Below, in pieces: positions 42,291 through 53,069 of a stretch of 64,000 nt of DNA. Each line of letters begins with the position of its first letter. The first letter of the stretch is position 1. Source of the DNA: a virus; the IMG/VR virus record IMGVR_UViG_3300023213_000432, positions 84,144-148,143 of that record. One strand, written 5' to 3'. A program made the position numbers and the translations under genes. Under the pieces are notes generated by a model, which had not been told where the DNA came from, did no database searches, and was given only the letters and a program-made list of their open reading frames with translations.

Positions 42291-42607
42291 GCTGATTGAC
42301 GACAGCCTAACCTGGGTAGCATATAGCATCCAAGAAGTGTTGAGGTTCTCTAAATAGCGATCATAACCGTCTCTCTTTCCAAATAAAGGAAAGTGCCTTT
42401 AATCTCGATCATCTCAACTGGTCTAACCTATTGTTTTTTTATTCCTCAAAGGATTGATTGAGGAAACCTGTTAACATTAACTCTTTCTGCTATAACTTAG
42501 ATAGCAAAATAATATATAACCTTTATTTTAAGGTTGTCAAGAGAAAAAAGAAAGAAAAATGGCCATTCCTCCCATAGCACAAGGCTATGGGTATCTTTGC
42601 CTAAGAG
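42191..42607 (-). mobile_element. Non-autonomous family C element (ATGAT) with a family-B-like internal segment
   Basis: Ends match the tnpB element; flanked by ATCAT on +. Confidence 0.9.
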
Positions 42608-43184
42608 ATCATGAAAAAGTTTATCATCCATAGAGACTCCATTATTGAAGTGGAATGCACTCAACTCATGCCCGCTGACGATCCATCCGTGGCTTGGCTT
42701 CCCAAAGAGGAATATAAAGCTAGAATTGAAGCACCATCTACCTTGTTTGAAAAAGTTAATAACAAATTAGAAAAACCAAAATGGTATAGTTTTGCTTTTT
42801 ACGATACTTTAGAACAAGCTAAAGAGGCAGCAGCCAGCGATATTCGAGTAGTGTTGGAACGTAAACAAGATTAAACATGGTACCAACTTCGTTGAAGAAG
42901 ACATTAAAAAGCAAATAAAAATTATAATATTATGTTTATGAAAATTCAAGACATAGGAGATTAAACAAATGACAACACGATTTCAAGTTGGAGATTACGT
43001 TTTGCGGATGGAAGCAGATTTTTCAAGCGGCATATTAGTGCATGGCGGTATTTATCAAATTGCCGGCGTTATTAATGATCCTCGGACTATTAAGTTGATA
43101 GGGTTTGGGGGAGTTGGGATGTCCATAGGTTTAAATTGATTAAATCTCCCTACGCTCAATCTTGTCCTTGTGGCATCCATTGGA

Positions 43185-43541
43185 GTCAATTACCAATGAC
43201 TAAAGTCCTTGGCTTGTCGCTCATCCTACCATAAGCAGGAGGTTATTTTTTAATGGCAACAATAGGCTGATTGACAGCAGCCCTTAATAAAGTTTGGCGT
43301 TTCTAATAGCGACCCTTTAAAAAAACCGTTTGCTTATTCGATCATAAATGATCGAGTTAAGTGCCTTCTAGGTCTCGATTCGCTAAACATAGGATAATAG
43401 CTTTCTAACTCATCTCTTACCTCTTTCTGTTACATTTGGGTAGCAAAAGATATATAACCACCATTCTTGGAAGTTTTTTAGAAAAAGAAAGAAAAAGCAA
43501 TTCCTCCCATGATTAAAATCATGGGCTTCTTTGCTAAGAAG
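43185..43541 (-). mobile_element. Non-autonomous family B element, copy 3 (ACGAT)
   Basis: Near-identical to copies 1 and 2; excision restores CPCGIHW-NRECPQH. Confidence 0.9.
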
Positions 43542-43581
43542 ATCGTGAATGCCCTCAACATATTCAAGAAGTAAAAGCTTT

Positions 43582-44187
43582 CTAAATAAAGAAATAACGT
43601 AGATCTTCTATTCGGCAATCGAACTTAGGAGCAAATTCTTTAGCATCCGCTAAAGTTGGAAATAAAATATCTCCAAAGTTATGGGCATGCATCATCCCCT
43701 TTCCTTTGATATGCATCAGCCAAAGGTAATGTCCTAGTTCATGAGCCGCAGTAGTTTGAAATACAATATCAGTTTTTAACCGATTTGGGATAAGGAATAA
43801 TTCTCGGACATTATTAGCTCGATATAAACATAGTCCCAGCACTTTGGTTTTGTAGTAGCCGTCCCATTTGACTACTTCAGGATGTTCAGGGTAGGCTCGA
43901 GTTATTAGTCCATCTTTTCCAAAAGTATTGCGATTAGTATTTGTTAAATCAAAGTAAATATCAATTTTAAACATCCCATTAGTGAAATGTTCCTATATTC
44001 TGGCTGCTTGCCAAATTAGTTGTCGTTCCCCGAAAGTGAAATTGATGTCCGCATGAAGTGTTTCTAAGTAGGTATATGGTAGAGAATAATCAGGCTGATG
44101 GAATAAAAACTTAGGCGGGAGTAATCGAATGCCTGAACGATATAAGAAATAGTAGATGTTAGCTACGAGTTTCCGGAGCCATTTCAT
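43582..44187 (-). pseudogene. Matrixin-like zinc metallopeptidase with one in-frame TAG
   Basis: HELGHYLWLMH plus Met-turn; the two ORFs are in frame across AARI*EHFTNGMF. Confidence 0.75.
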
Positions 44188-44488
44188 TAAACTATACCAA
44201 ATTAATCAATTGCGATGAATATATACATCATTGGAACGCCACAAACAGGACGTTCTACATTGGCAATTACGATCTGTGATTAAATAGTGGGCGCTCCTAT
44301 AAAGAAAGTCCTGAAGAAACTTCAATCAGGAAGTTCATCGAACATTGCATCGACTAATTGATCGAATACTTTCTTGGAATAATCTTCTATGTCAGCCTCA
44401 TTCTGATCTTCTGCTGCTAACTTTTTGATTAAAGTATTTTGTTTGGTTTCCAAAATAAGTTGTTGAAGTTTTTGTTTTCTAGGTTTGT

Positions 44489-45769
44489 TCATTGTTCAAA
44501 TTTCCTTTCAATAAGTTGGGCAATCAAAATTAATATTTCTGCAACGCCTCGCACCATCTTTGGAATAGATCTAACTTCTGTCCTTAACTCATTAAGTGGG
44601 GCTCGAACCTCTATCGGTATTGCTGGTAACTCAAGCCAACCTGTTTCATCTAATTGTTTGAGTTTATCTCTTAAAGCATAGAGATTAATCAGTTCTGTGA
44701 AAAAACTTTTATAGTGATTTCGGATAGCCTGATCTTCTTTTTTGATAGCAGCTTCTAGCGCTGATTTATTGGAGTGGGAAGGGGACGCTCTCATTAACTG
44801 TTTGGCTGCATTGGTTGCATCTATTATCGGTTGTAATTCCGCGGGCGGATTTTTCTTGATTGATTTTTGTTTATCGCTTTTAAGGCTTGCTAATCGTTGA
44901 GTTAAATGAATAATATAACTAGATAAAGTACTTTGAGCTTTCTCTTCTCTAAGTTTCTTGGCTCTTTCTATAACTACACTCATTCGTTTTTCTTCTCTGG
45001 CAGTCGGATCTTCAGTGCCCCTTTCCTTTTCTGTTCTCCCATACCAACTCTTTTGACGACTTCGAGATTTAATACGATACTCTTCTCTACGAACTGGATC
45101 CTCCATAATCATTCGATAATTGTGTCGAGATGTCTCGATTAGTCTTTGATATTCGGGACTGTTTTTGGCGAACTTTCGGAGCCATTTGATTTGGTCAAGA
45201 TATTTGCTTCGAGCCCGGAGCAATTGTTCAATTTTATCTCCCGTGAAATGAAGTTTGGTATCTCCACGATCTATTGCGTCTTGATTAAGATCTTTGGCAA
45301 TCTCTAATTTTTTTAAAGCGCTAACGTCAATATCGCCCACAGCGGATTGAAAACGATCGTTAGCGTCTTCTACCATATTAGCCAAGAGTTCTCGGAATTT
45401 AACCGGATCAAATTCTTCATCAAATCCTTGTTCGGGGGACACATTCAAATATTCATTACTCTGAATGCGCTCGTACCTGGTTTCCAAAGTATTGACGAGA
45501 TCCCCCAAATTTTGCATACCTTCTTCGGAAAGGCTTTCGATACTAATTTTCAACGCTTCAACCAACTCTTTATAGCCTGATAAGAAAGTTTCAAATTGCT
45601 CAAAAAGTTCTTCATCCCGAATGTCGTATTGTTCGGCTTTTGCCAATAGTTCTTGTTGTGTGGCGGCAAAGCGAACAATCTGGTAATCCCAGTGAGCATC
45701 TGCACTAAAATTAGTAATAATTGTGCATAATTGTGCAATTTTGTCAAGTTCGTAAGTAATCGTTTGCAT
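44489..45769 (-). CDS. Coiled-coil hypothetical protein
   Basis: 426 aa; RQKSWY.R...STL....LY.LR shared with 47783..48370. Confidence 0.7.
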   Translation of the reverse strand: MQTITYELDKIAQLCTIITNFSADAHWDYQIVRFAATQQELLAKAEQYDIRDEELFEQFETFLSGYKELVEALKISIESLSEEGMQNLGDLVNTLETRYERIQSNEYLNVSPEQGFDEEFDPVKFRELLANMVEDANDRFQSAVGDIDVSALKKLEIAKDLNQDAIDRGDTKLHFTGDKIEQLLRARSKYLDQIKWLRKFAKNSPEYQRLIETSRHNYRMIMEDPVRREEYRIKSRSRQKSWYGRTEKERGTEDPTAREEKRMSVVIERAKKLREEKAQSTLSSYIIHLTQRLASLKSDKQKSIKKNPPAELQPIIDATNAAKQLMRASPSHSNKSALEAAIKKEDQAIRNHYKSFFTELINLYALRDKLKQLDETGWLELPAIPIEVRAPLNELRTEVRSIPKMVRGVAEILILIAQLIERKFEQ

Positions 45770-45789
45770 TACATGTTATATCTCAAATT

Positions 45790-46902
45790 ATGGCTATTAG
45801 ATTAAGTAATACAACCATTGATCAAAAATTATATGGTTATAGCATTCGACGCCTTGATGATTGTAGCAACGCTAAAATAACTGATAAAGTAATGTGGTCG
45901 TGTTTAAATTGCGGACATGCATGGAAAACAACTATACGCAAAATTGTGTGGAAAGAAACGGGTTGTCCCCAATGCGCCGGTAATATTAAATTATCTAATG
46001 CAATAATTGATCAAAGATTAATTAATAGAGACATTCGAAGAATTGGTGATTATGTTAATGCTAATAGTAAGATTGAATGGCAATGTTTAAATTGTAAATA
46101 TATGTGGATCACAACACCCAGAAGTGTTGTGGATCTTAAAACTGGATGTCCATTTTGTGCAGGCAATTTACGATTAACAAATCAAATAATTGATCAGAAA
46201 TTAATTGGGCGGAATATCCAAAGAATTGAAAATTATAATGGCGCTCATTTAAAAATACTTTGGAATTGCATGACTTGTAATTATGAGTGGAGCGCAACAC
46301 CTGGCCACATTCTTAATGGTGGTCGTGGGTGTCCTCGATGTGCTAATAATATTCGCTTGACCAACGAAATAATAGATCAAAGATTGATTAATAGGTCAAT
46401 CAAGAGGATCGGCGAATATTATAACTCCTGCACCAAAATTGACTGGCAATGTTTGACATGTATGCATCGCTGGAAAGCGTTGCCACCTAATGTTGTTAGT
46501 CTCGAAAAGGGATGTCCAAAATGTAGTACCATAGGTATCAATGAAGCGTTAATGATCAGTATTTTTCATCAATATAATTTAGAATTTGAACCCCATTATT
46601 CTATTAGAAATATAGATAATGTAGAGCGCAATCTTATTTTTGATACCTATTTCCCTCTAATAAAATTGGCCATTGAATATAATGGAAAACAACATTATAT
46701 TCCAACAGGGTTTTTCAATAGTGATAATCCTGAAGAAGAGTTTAAAAAACAGCAAGAAAGAGATGAATATAAAAGATTATTCTGTAAGAGAAATTCAATC
46801 CAATTAATAGAAATTGATGGTAGAAAATTCTACAATGAAAGACTCAAAAAGTATCTAATATATGATGTGGTGCCCATGATAAAGGAAATGGGTATTAAAT
46901 GA
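45790..46902 (+). CDS. Zinc-ribbon-repeat endonuclease with Vsr/DUF559-like C-terminus
   Basis: Four W.C..C...W...GCP.C repeats; FDTYFP..KLAIEYNG.QHY...RD..K. Confidence 0.85.
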   Translation: MAIRLSNTTIDQKLYGYSIRRLDDCSNAKITDKVMWSCLNCGHAWKTTIRKIVWKETGCPQCAGNIKLSNAIIDQRLINRDIRRIGDYVNANSKIEWQCLNCKYMWITTPRSVVDLKTGCPFCAGNLRLTNQIIDQKLIGRNIQRIENYNGAHLKILWNCMTCNYEWSATPGHILNGGRGCPRCANNIRLTNEIIDQRLINRSIKRIGEYYNSCTKIDWQCLTCMHRWKALPPNVVSLEKGCPKCSTIGINEALMISIFHQYNLEFEPHYSIRNIDNVERNLIFDTYFPLIKLAIEYNGKQHYIPTGFFNSDNPEEEFKKQQERDEYKRLFCKRNSIQLIEIDGRKFYNERLKKYLIYDVVPMIKEMGIK

Positions 46903-47786
46903 GCATCAAACCACCATTCCCTTACTTTGGTTCAAAACGACAAGTTGCCGACACAATTTGGCAGGGTTTGGGACAGATTTCCAACTATGTAGAACCCTTT
47001 GCAGGAAGTTTAGCGGTCTTATTGGCCAATTCATCAATTCCCAAAATCGAAACTGTTAATGACAAAAATTGCTTTGTCTCTAATTTCTGGCGAGCTGTCT
47101 CTAATAATCCCGACACTATTATTCAGTATGCTGATTACCCTATTCATGAAGATACTTTGCATGCTCGCCATCAATGGTTAGTTTCTTCTGCAACAGATGA
47201 GTTCCGCAAAAAGATGAATTCAGATCCTAACTATTATGATGCCAAAATCGCAGGATATTGGATATGGGGTATGGGAGCCTCTATTGGTAATAATTGGCTT
47301 AACACAAAAGGATTAAAAGCTACTCCATTATTATCTTCAGCTGGTGGCGGTATTCATGGTCTTACATACAATATTAGGGAACAATTCAATATACTTCAAA
47401 AACGATTGCGGCGGGTCAGAGTATGTTGCGGCGATTGGAAGAAAATTTTAACGCCATCTATTACTTATTCTAATAAGGGGCTAGCATCCAAAGATATTAC
47501 AGCGGTCTTTTTAGACCCACCATATATTCAACTGGGTCGCGACCAAGTCTATCAAGAGGATAATGACGTCTTCAAGAATGTAGTGAATTGGGCTATTGAG
47601 AATGGCGATAATCCTCGAATGAGAATTGCTGTTTGTGGATATGAAGGAGATCATGGCTTCCCCAATACTTGGCGAGAGTATGCTTGGAAAGCAAATGGTG
47701 GAATGGGTAATCTAGGAAACGATCGTGGCAAGGATAATGCTAATAGAGAAAAAATATGGTTTAGTTCTAATTGTCTCGAAGTTTAA
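46899..47786 (+). CDS. DNA adenine methyltransferase (D12/Dam-like)
   Basis: PFPYFGSK, YVEPFAGS, ETVND, FLDPPY. Confidence 0.9.
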   Translation: MSIKPPFPYFGSKRQVADTIWQGLGQISNYVEPFAGSLAVLLANSSIPKIETVNDKNCFVSNFWRAVSNNPDTIIQYADYPIHEDTLHARHQWLVSSATDEFRKKMNSDPNYYDAKIAGYWIWGMGASIGNNWLNTKGLKATPLLSSAGGGIHGLTYNIREQFNILQKRLRRVRVCCGDWKKILTPSITYSNKGLASKDITAVFLDPPYIQLGRDQVYQEDNDVFKNVVNWAIENGDNPRMRIAVCGYEGDHGFPNTWREYAWKANGGMGNLGNDRGKDNANREKIWFSSNCLEV

Positions 47787-48370
47787 TGTTCGTATTGAAT
47801 AATTACTTCTTCTAATTTCTGACCTATGTGATCTAATGTATTGGCAATGGCTTTTTGCCCGCCCTCTTTAGTTTCTTGTTGTAGATTTACAATTTCAGCA
47901 ATCATCTCTGTTAATAGGACGATGGGATTGGGGGCGCCCCACAAAAGTTGTTTAATACTTTTTCGCAAATTATAGAGACGAGGCACTATTCTTTCAAAAC
48001 TTGATAATTTGGTCGGATCAATGTTCCTACTAAGATTGGTTTTAGTATCAGCAATCTGTTGTCGAAGTTTTACAGATAATCCTTCCAATGTATTCGAGCG
48101 CATCTGTTGTTTTTTCTGCTCCCATTTCTTCTCTTCAAGTTGTTGTAGTTTTTCAGGATCCACGCGCTCATACCATTTACGCTGACGTTCTTTCAATCCT
48201 TCGCGGTGTTTTTCCATTGCTTCAGGATTTGTTTTACGAATCTCTTGTTCAATGAGGTAGCGTTCTTTTCTTTTGGCAGGATCTTCCACCAATCCAAGAT
48301 CCAATGCTTCGTTCTCAAAATCAGTAGCGAGCCTCAATAGATAATCAACGTACCCCATAAGAACATACAA
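47783..48370 (-). CDS. Coiled-coil hypothetical protein related to 44489..45769
   Basis: RQRKWYER...NTL....LYNLR. Confidence 0.65.
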   Translation of the reverse strand: MYVLMGYVDYLLRLATDFENEALDLGLVEDPAKRKERYLIEQEIRKTNPEAMEKHREGLKERQRKWYERVDPEKLQQLEEKKWEQKKQQMRSNTLEGLSVKLRQQIADTKTNLSRNIDPTKLSSFERIVPRLYNLRKSIKQLLWGAPNPIVLLTEMIAEIVNLQQETKEGGQKAIANTLDHIGQKLEEVIIQYEH

Positions 48371-48399
48371 TTTTATTCACGAGCACCAAAGGAAGCTAT

Positions 48400-49581
48400 A
48401 TGCAAGTCATTTACTACGATGATAATATGCCATACAAATTTAGTAAAAGTCTATTTCTAGCCGGCCCTTCACTTCGCGCTGGACAAGAAGGCACTTCGTG
48501 GCGCAAAGATGCCCTTCAAATTTTACAGGACATTGGATACGACGGAATTGTATTTTGTCCTGAGACTCGCGATGGTGTTTTTGATGAAAACGTAGATCAT
48601 GAGAAAATCATTGGTTGGGAAGATCAGTATCTCAATATTGCTGATGTTATTGTTTTTTGGGTGCCAAGAGATCTTTCTTTTGATAAGAATGGCACGCTTA
48701 AATTACCGGGTTTAACTACTAACGTAGAATTTGGGCGTTACGAAAATTCTGGCAAAATCGTTTTTGGTGCTCCCGAAGATGCAGAAAAGGTTTCTTATCT
48801 AAAGCATTATGCAGAAAAATATAGCGTGCCTGTCTGTTCTACTCTCACAGAAACACTGGAAGTTGCTTTGAAAAGAATTGGTGAGGGAGCAGAACGGTCT
48901 CTCGGAGAACGTTATATTCCCCTTCATCTTTGGAATAATTCTTCCTTTCAAGACTGGTATCAATCCCAGACAAAAGCAGGTAATCGTTTAGAAACTGCTC
49001 AACTTCTTTATACTTTCCGTCCAAACCATAAAGATATATTTCTTTGGATATTGAAAGTAAATGTTTGGATCAATTCCGAGCAACGTTTTAAAAGCAACGA
49101 ATTTGTCCTATCAAGAAGTGATATTAGTTCTGTTTTGATGTGGAAGCCTCACGAAGATTTAATGCAATCCGAAATTGTTTTGGTGCGAGAGTTCCGATCT
49201 CCTGCTGTTACGGAGGACGGGTTTATCCATGAACTTCCCTCGGGTTCTTCTCGAAAAGATATGGAACCAAAGGAGAATGCTCTTCATGAAATTCAAGAAG
49301 AAACGGGAATTGTTATTGATCAAAGCCGCCTTCAATTTCATGAAGCTCGACAATTAGCTGGGACTCTTTCCGCTCATAAGTCGCATCTCTATTCTGTGAA
49401 ATTAACCGAAGAAGAAATAAGTTGGCTCAAATCTCAAAAGAACGTTTCTCGAGGTGTTGAAAAAGATAGTGAAAAAACGTGGATTGAAGTGATGGAGTTG
49501 CGCGATATTTTGAAAAATGAGTTCGTGGATTGGAGCAATTTGGGAGAAATTTTGTCGGTAGTATTTGCCCTAAGAAATTAA
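48400..49581 (+). CDS. Nucleoside 2-deoxyribosyltransferase-like and Nudix fusion
   Basis: SLFLAGP, W.D..L..ADVIVFWVPR, TTNVEFG; ELPSGS...ALHEIQEETG. Confidence 0.85.
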   Translation: MQVIYYDDNMPYKFSKSLFLAGPSLRAGQEGTSWRKDALQILQDIGYDGIVFCPETRDGVFDENVDHEKIIGWEDQYLNIADVIVFWVPRDLSFDKNGTLKLPGLTTNVEFGRYENSGKIVFGAPEDAEKVSYLKHYAEKYSVPVCSTLTETLEVALKRIGEGAERSLGERYIPLHLWNNSSFQDWYQSQTKAGNRLETAQLLYTFRPNHKDIFLWILKVNVWINSEQRFKSNEFVLSRSDISSVLMWKPHEDLMQSEIVLVREFRSPAVTEDGFIHELPSGSSRKDMEPKENALHEIQEETGIVIDQSRLQFHEARQLAGTLSAHKSHLYSVKLTEEEISWLKSQKNVSRGVEKDSEKTWIEVMELRDILKNEFVDWSNLGEILSVVFALRN

Positions 49582-49914
49582 ATGTTTAAATCTCAAGATT
49601 ATATATATTTGGGGTATGATTCAAAAACAGATCAATTTCGATACGAAACCACTATCGTGGATGATGATTTTACTGAAATAGTTATCGCTGCCGCCTCCGC
49701 TGATGCTATAAGAGCCGTTGTACGAGCCGCTGTCTTGATCGATGTTTATTCTCGAAGAAATCTCAACGTAGCTGGTAACTTAGCGTTATTAATGCAATAC
49801 GTAGAAAATAAGTTATGGATGGATATTAAACAGCAAATTGAAGAGTATCAGAAATTTGTTCCCGCATATCCAAAATACCATGACCAAGTGATGGACTATC
49901 TAATATTTATGTGA
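49582..49914 (+). CDS. MF(K/R)S family paralogue 1
   Basis: IDVYSRRNLNVAGNLALLMQYVE...YHDQVMDYLIFM. Confidence 0.8.
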   Translation: MFKSQDYIYLGYDSKTDQFRYETTIVDDDFTEIVIAAASADAIRAVVRAAVLIDVYSRRNLNVAGNLALLMQYVENKLWMDIKQQIEEYQKFVPAYPKYHDQVMDYLIFM

Positions 49915-50144
49915 GGATCATAAACGCATTTTTCAGCATCTTGATATGCTGGACGATGACAATCTAATTGGCACTGAAAGAAAGTTTTTATTTAAGTGTG
50001 AAGATTGTGAAATGATTGTAAGTGCATCCTTTTCTACTGAAGAAGATTTTATAAAGATTGCTGAAAATTTATTAGATCTTACATGCCAATGTGAAGGAAT
50101 TATGAAAGTTTTACGAGATTAATTATTAAAAAATTGAGGTAAAT

Positions 50145-50861
50145 ATGAAAGGCGCCATTTACGTTTCTAAATCAGAGAACGCAAAAATTGCAGGCTCCAA
50201 TCCCATTGATTGCACTTATGTTTCTATTAAACGAAGTTGCCCCGACACTTGCTCACTACGAGATAATAAAACGTGTTATGCGGAAAATGGGCATGTGGGT
50301 TTTACCGTTCAAAAGTTAGATCATCGGGCTCGTGGATTGTCAGCATTGCAAGTAGCTAGGGCGGAAGCCAAAGCCATTGATGATGCTTATAAAGGGAAAG
50401 AATTTCCTAAAGGCAGAAATTTGCGCCTTCATGTTTCGGGAGATAGTCGCACCATTAAAGGTACTAGATTGCTTAACAAAGCTATTCAACGCTGGAAACA
50501 GCGCGGTGGCGGTAGTTGTTGGTCCTATACTCATGCTTGGAAACGGGTACCGAGAATAGAATGGAAAGATGTCAGTATCTTGGCTTCCATCGAACGAGTA
50601 GAAGAAGCATTGGAAGCCCGAAAACAAGGATACGCTCCCGCTTTAGTAGTGCCAGAACATATTAGTGATAAGTCCTATAAACTGCCCAATTCAGAAATCA
50701 AATGGATACCTTGCGTAGCACAAACAAGAAACATACCATGTTCTGATTGTAAATTATGTTTTAATGCAGATAGGTTGTTTGAGGGTGGATTTGGAATTAC
50801 ATTTGCGGTGCATGGGGCAAGAAAAAATTCTTTGAAAAGACATTTACAGGTTCTTCAATGA
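50145..50861 (+). CDS. Conserved phage protein (Gp88-like, Cys-rich)
   Basis: SCP..C...CYA, RLHVSGD, WSYTH, C..C.LC, F.VHG. Confidence 0.7.
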   Translation: MKGAIYVSKSENAKIAGSNPIDCTYVSIKRSCPDTCSLRDNKTCYAENGHVGFTVQKLDHRARGLSALQVARAEAKAIDDAYKGKEFPKGRNLRLHVSGDSRTIKGTRLLNKAIQRWKQRGGGSCWSYTHAWKRVPRIEWKDVSILASIERVEEALEARKQGYAPALVVPEHISDKSYKLPNSEIKWIPCVAQTRNIPCSDCKLCFNADRLFEGGFGITFAVHGARKNSLKRHLQVLQ

Positions 50862-51209
50862 GATGTATATTAATGATGATTATGTGTTCTGGATGTTATA
50901 CGTTTAGTTATAGCGAGAACCGATGTGTTCGTTCAGGCTATTATGAAATGAGTGATGGCAAAATGGTTCCTATGTATCGATGCACTTCAACAGGCGATAT
51001 ATGACTATCATTCAGTGGCAAGTTTGTATTTCTGATTGGAGTCTGGATGCCAAGCATTATACGAAACCGATCCCAGACACTGGAAAGATTGATCATCGAA
51101 CTGTTCGGGCAAAAACATTCGATACAGAACGAGAAGCTATTAAATATGCAGAGAAATATCTAAAAGATCGAGAAGACATTGAATGGTTAGCTAGTTTAGA
51201 GGTTAAGAA

Positions 51210-52592
51210 ATGCACGACGGAAATAATCAAAAAATTGAAATAAATATAAGAACTAAAGAAGAACGAAATAGCCTACGAGAAGATATGTTTTTAGAACGTA
51301 ACGGCATGCGTGGCGCTCCTAAAATGGAACTTGCGCTTAGTAATGCTCTTGATCTTCTTGACGAGAAGGACAAGAAAATCGCAGCTTCGAATTTCAAATT
51401 AGCTCATCTCGAAAGTGTATTGCGGGCAATTAGTCAGTGGGATATGATCAATCCGCCGAACCCAGATACATTGGCAGACGGCACATGGTTGCGGTCACTC
51501 ATTGATGAAGCGTCCAATGTTCTCAGTGATAATGCTGATGAAATCGCCGCTTTGAAAGAAGATCTAGCCGATGATGTTGCATACGAGAGGCGCATTAGTG
51601 AGTTGTCGGATGCTCTTTTGCGAAAAACTTTGAAAGAAAAATGGAATCTTCTTTGGGGCCCGGAACTAGAAGATCTAGGAGCGGTTTTCGATCGTTTGCA
51701 CGTCCGTATCGCTAAGCTCGAAGCTGATCTCAAAACAAAAGCAGATGAGATTGCAGCCCATGATGGCTTGTGTGACGCTATAGGCGCACAACCGTATCTT
51801 TTGGCGCGCATCAAGCAGCTCGAAAGTGTATTGGAAAAGGCGGACGTCATCCGTGATTTAGTGCTCGAAGCTGCACCCTTGACGTGGGCAGTTGGCACGC
51901 AGTTCGAAGAACATGCGTATTGTTGGGAGAAAGAAATCACGAGCGCTAACGAAGCATATGACCAAGTCCGCGCCTTCGAGCGGAAGACTACGGAGGGGCA
52001 CACAGGGAATCCTAAGGCGGTCACTAGGAAAGAACCTGAGTCTGTTCCATCACCGTACATGGAACCCTCTCGTCCGGCAGAGGCTCCATCAGAGCCGGGC
52101 TCCCTTCGGGGAAAGAATGTGTGCCCGACATGTAGTCGCACCATCGGCAGTATCGGACACCTTTATAGCGAATGTGAACGGGACTTCGAGCGCGCAGAGG
52201 GACAAGACGGCGAGATCAAGGCGGGGCAGCAAGAGCCCGAGTCCGTTCCACAAAGATCCCTCTCGCCACGCAATACGCACGATTTCCTCGCACGCATCGT
52301 TTGGGACAAAAGTGAGCAGGAATGGCAGCTCTACGCTTTTCGAGATAGCGGCGATTACGCATGGTTGTCCCCAGACGAAGATCACCAAGAAATTATATGC
52401 ATATTTTCGACCAGCGCAGGACACACTTCGTACAAAAAGTTTTCGGATGCATTGAAGGCGGTGCGTGATTGGATTTTTTCAAGAGACCGATGCGTTGATC
52501 ATGCAGCCGCCGGAAAAGTATCATCAGCCGATAATCGTACTAGCATTGCCGTTGAGGGTCATGGAGATGAATGGAAATATACGGGCGATTAA
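51210..52592 (+). CDS. Mosaic coiled-coil hypothetical protein in a higher-GC tract
   Basis: 460 aa ORF with short internal duplications (LESVL, EPESVP, ADEIAA). Confidence 0.6.
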   Translation: MHDGNNQKIEINIRTKEERNSLREDMFLERNGMRGAPKMELALSNALDLLDEKDKKIAASNFKLAHLESVLRAISQWDMINPPNPDTLADGTWLRSLIDEASNVLSDNADEIAALKEDLADDVAYERRISELSDALLRKTLKEKWNLLWGPELEDLGAVFDRLHVRIAKLEADLKTKADEIAAHDGLCDAIGAQPYLLARIKQLESVLEKADVIRDLVLEAAPLTWAVGTQFEEHAYCWEKEITSANEAYDQVRAFERKTTEGHTGNPKAVTRKEPESVPSPYMEPSRPAEAPSEPGSLRGKNVCPTCSRTIGSIGHLYSECERDFERAEGQDGEIKAGQQEPESVPQRSLSPRNTHDFLARIVWDKSEQEWQLYAFRDSGDYAWLSPDEDHQEIICIFSTSAGHTSYKKFSDALKAVRDWIFSRDRCVDHAAAGKVSSADNRTSIAVEGHGDEWKYTGD

Positions 52593-53069
52593 TTTTACAG
52601 AATAAAGGTGCAATATGACAGATACATCAATTTGTGAGTATCCATTAAATACCGGTGACGATGGATTTAGCATCGATGGAGTAATGTGTGGCCAACCAGC
52701 AACATGGATTTCGTGCATTCCATTTTCGAACACGCCCACTTGTGATGCACATAAGTGTCGATGCAGAAAACCTATTGATATACAGTCAAATAGAAATAAT
52801 ACAGAACCGGAAAAATCTCAACAGCTTGTCGATGCATTTTCAAAAAAGTATCCCGCGCTAGGCGAATCCATTGCGATTATTCTTCATTTTGCTCGCGAAC
52901 AAACGATTGAGGAATGTGCCAAAATTTGCGACACGAAAGAGGCAGAGGAGTGCAATCTTATTAATTATCATGGATCGGTTGCGCTAGACGCTCAGGGCAT
53001 AGAGCATCGGACAGCATCGAATTGTGCAGGATCTCTTGCTCGTCAAATCCGTGCGCTAAAGAATAGTAA

